Shown here: positions 54,801-57,800 of the stretch, piece after piece
Numbering within the stretch: the stretch's first letter is position 1
How the letters are laid out: every line of letters starts with the position of its first letter
NCBI GenBank assembly: GCA_017533505.1
Contig: JAFXIB010000109.1
Coordinates: forward strand, 3,752-67,751
Reading direction: 5' to 3'
Origin: Clostridia bacterium
Lineage (GTDB): Bacteria; Bacillota; Clostridia; Christensenellales; DTU072
Length of the DNA: 64,000 bases
Position numbers and translations under genes: made by a program
The notes under the pieces: generated by a model
Told to the model about the DNA's origin: nothing
Databases searched by the model: none
What the model saw: the letters and a program-made list of their open reading frames with translations, nothing else

Positions 54801-57800
54801 CGTCATAGTAATCTTCGTCGCTTGGGTCAGATGATGCATATGTAGAAAGGATAATTGCAGCACCTGTTTGTTGTAGGTTTGCAAAGTCAAATCCATTGTT
54901 AATGATGCCAATAACTTCTTGGAGATTGAGGTTTGCGTTGATATCAAAGAACAATGATTCGTCAACAAGACCCAAGAACTCAATGAGCATGCTGAGCTCA
55001 ACATCGCCAAGTAGTCCACTGAGTGCAGGAGATAGGTCGATAGTGTTTCTATCGCTGCCTTCAACAACTTGGCTGTTGATGTTTGCGTATCCACCAAGTT
55101 CAAGGTATACATTTGTGGGCAAACCACTATCGGATAGGAAGAATTCTTCATTTTCTGGTAGAGAAACCAAGAATTCAGCGCCACTCAATTCTTCGCCGTC
55201 AAGAGCAATCTTGAATTGGCTCAAGCCAAGGCTCAAGTTGAAGATTTCGATACCAGTTTCAATTTCGAGATATGCGCCCTTGTCTCCTAGACCAAGCTCA
55301 AGAGATGTTTCTTGTATTTCAATTGGTAGTTCGCTTGAAAGGAATAGTCCAAGTAAACCTGCGATAGCATCCTTTGTAAGGTTGATTGCTACCTTATCGT
55401 AATCAAGAATAACTTGGAGTGCAACGGCTGCAGGATTTGATGCGTCAGCAAATTCAGCTACTCTATTGAGATGTAATAGGTTTGCAGGAGCTTCGTCCTT
55501 GTCTGCTTCAGCAGAGCCAGTTAGCGTGCCAATATCATCGATGAGTGATGCAACATCGTTGATACCGATGTTTGGAATGCCAAAGAAGCTTAAATCAAGG
55601 TATAGGTTGCCATCAAGCAAGTAAATGCCAAGAATGTGTCCTGCATCTCCTGGAACCTTTCTATCAAACAGACGGATTGCAAGCTCACTTCCACCCAAAA
55701 TTGTTGGGATAGGATCAGCTGCTTCGGAGCCGTCAAGCTTGATGATGCCACCAAGAGAGAGTTTTGCAATGATTTCAAAGCCAAGTTCGATGTTGAGTCT
55801 TGATGTATCAATTACCAAACCAAGACCTTCAATTAGGCCAGAAAGCATTTCGTTTAGATATGCATTGGTGTACTCTTGTACACCTTGCATAACTTGGTTG
55901 CCGTCCTTGTCAAGAACAGGAATCTTGTTTCCTTCGCCGTCTACAACATAGTTGCCTTCGTCGTCAACTTCATATACTGGAGTTTCGTCAACAGTAAAGT
56001 CAAAGTGGCCTTCAAGCCTCAAACCAACAGTTAGGCTATCAAGGAATTCAGGAATAGATACGAATGATTGGATATAATCGTCTTCTTCAATGTCCTTGTA
56101 GAGGTTTTCCTTGCCAGCTCTCAATGCGATATCCTTCAGGATATCGATTTCAAGAGAAATAGCTTCGATTGTTTGATCGCCATCGTCAAGGAGTGATAGG
56201 TAAATGCGTAGATATCCGTTTTCTGGGAATATTGTACTATTGCCATTTTCGTCTTTGCCAAAGTCAAAGTTGATAGCTTTGATTTGTACAAATGCATTTA
56301 CATTTGGCATTGTGATAGTTTCGGGGTTACCAAACTCATCAACTGGAGCAAGGAGCATGGTGAGCAAGCTGGAAAGTACATTTGCTGCTACATAAACAGT
56401 CAAAGTGCCCTTGATTCTATCAATTTCAACTTCGCTGAGTGCCATGCCTACGATTTGCATGATATCAAGACCGCCGCCCTCTCCTTCTGGAGTTTCGCCT
56501 TCGGTTGTATCGCCAGTAGGCTCGCCGTCATTGAGTGCGTTAAAGAGCATTGCGCCAACTTCTTCGCCACCGATAAGGATACCACTTGCAAGGTACTCAT
56601 TAACTACCAAATATTGGTATAGGCCAAGCTTTGCTTGGTTCAAGAAGTTAGGATCGGATGTATCAATAGTAAGTGCGTTTTGTGCTCCACTATCTTCGCT
56701 TGTAAGCAGTCCTGCAATGATTGATGCAATATCAAGACCTGCAAGTGTATCACGCAAGCCTAAACCTTCGTATTTGAGTCTTGGGAGCTTGCCAAGAGAA
56801 GCAAATCCCATGTTCTTGAGTGGCTCAAGGTCAATGTACAATGTATCTTCGATACCAGAGTAAATAACACGAATGAATGGGTCGTTATTTGCACGATTGA
56901 AGATGGTAACCTTGAGTTCGGTTTGAGCCATATCAAGAAGGTCAATATTTCCTTGAATGGTGTAAGCAATGGTTGTGCTACCATCGTACTCTACGCCGAT
57001 AGAAAGGAGTAGATTGTCAACAAAAGTACCAATTAGACCACTTAAATCAAGGCCCTTGTCTGTTGTTTCGGATGCGCCAAGCGTTACATCACCTTGCAAA
57101 ATAACATTGTAGTTACGGTTTGCAGCGATAAAGTCGCCATTATCAGTCTTATAGATGGATAGGTTGGTGTACTTTGCGCGTTCTTCGGCAGTATCTACCA
57201 TTGAGTAGTTTTCCCAATCGGGCTCTCTCATGTATGTTAGGTAGTCAACAGCAAGACCAAGACGGAAGGTGTCGGATACATCAATAACCAAGCCAAGAGT
57301 GTCAAGAACATTCTTTTGGTTGAAGCTGAGTCTTACATTGAGCTCTTCGCCAAGGTTACCTTTTAGTGGCGTAATCATGCCAACGATTTGTGATAGGTCC
57401 TCGCTGTTTAGGTCAAGAGCGATATTCCAATCGTTTGGTATGGGCTTTCCATAAGCATCGGTCTTAACGGTACCATCTTCGTTATATAGATATTCTTCGA
57501 TACCAGGAAGCTCGAGATTGTTGAGAACAACCTTTATGATTGCCATGACATCGATGCTTGGTGCAGGTTCGCCACCCTCTTCGCCTTCATTAAACAAGCC
57601 ACCAAATAGTGCATTAGACGCTTGTTCTTCGGGAACAGCAGGCTTTACATAGTTGGGGTCAAGATATGGCAAAATGCCACCTAATACGCCACCAAGGAGA
57701 TTGTTGATATCAAAGCCTTGTAGAACTACATTTGGTAGCAATTGTCCACTATATGTTTCGAGGTCCTCAAAGTTGATGTAAAGGTTCATTCCTGTTAGGA

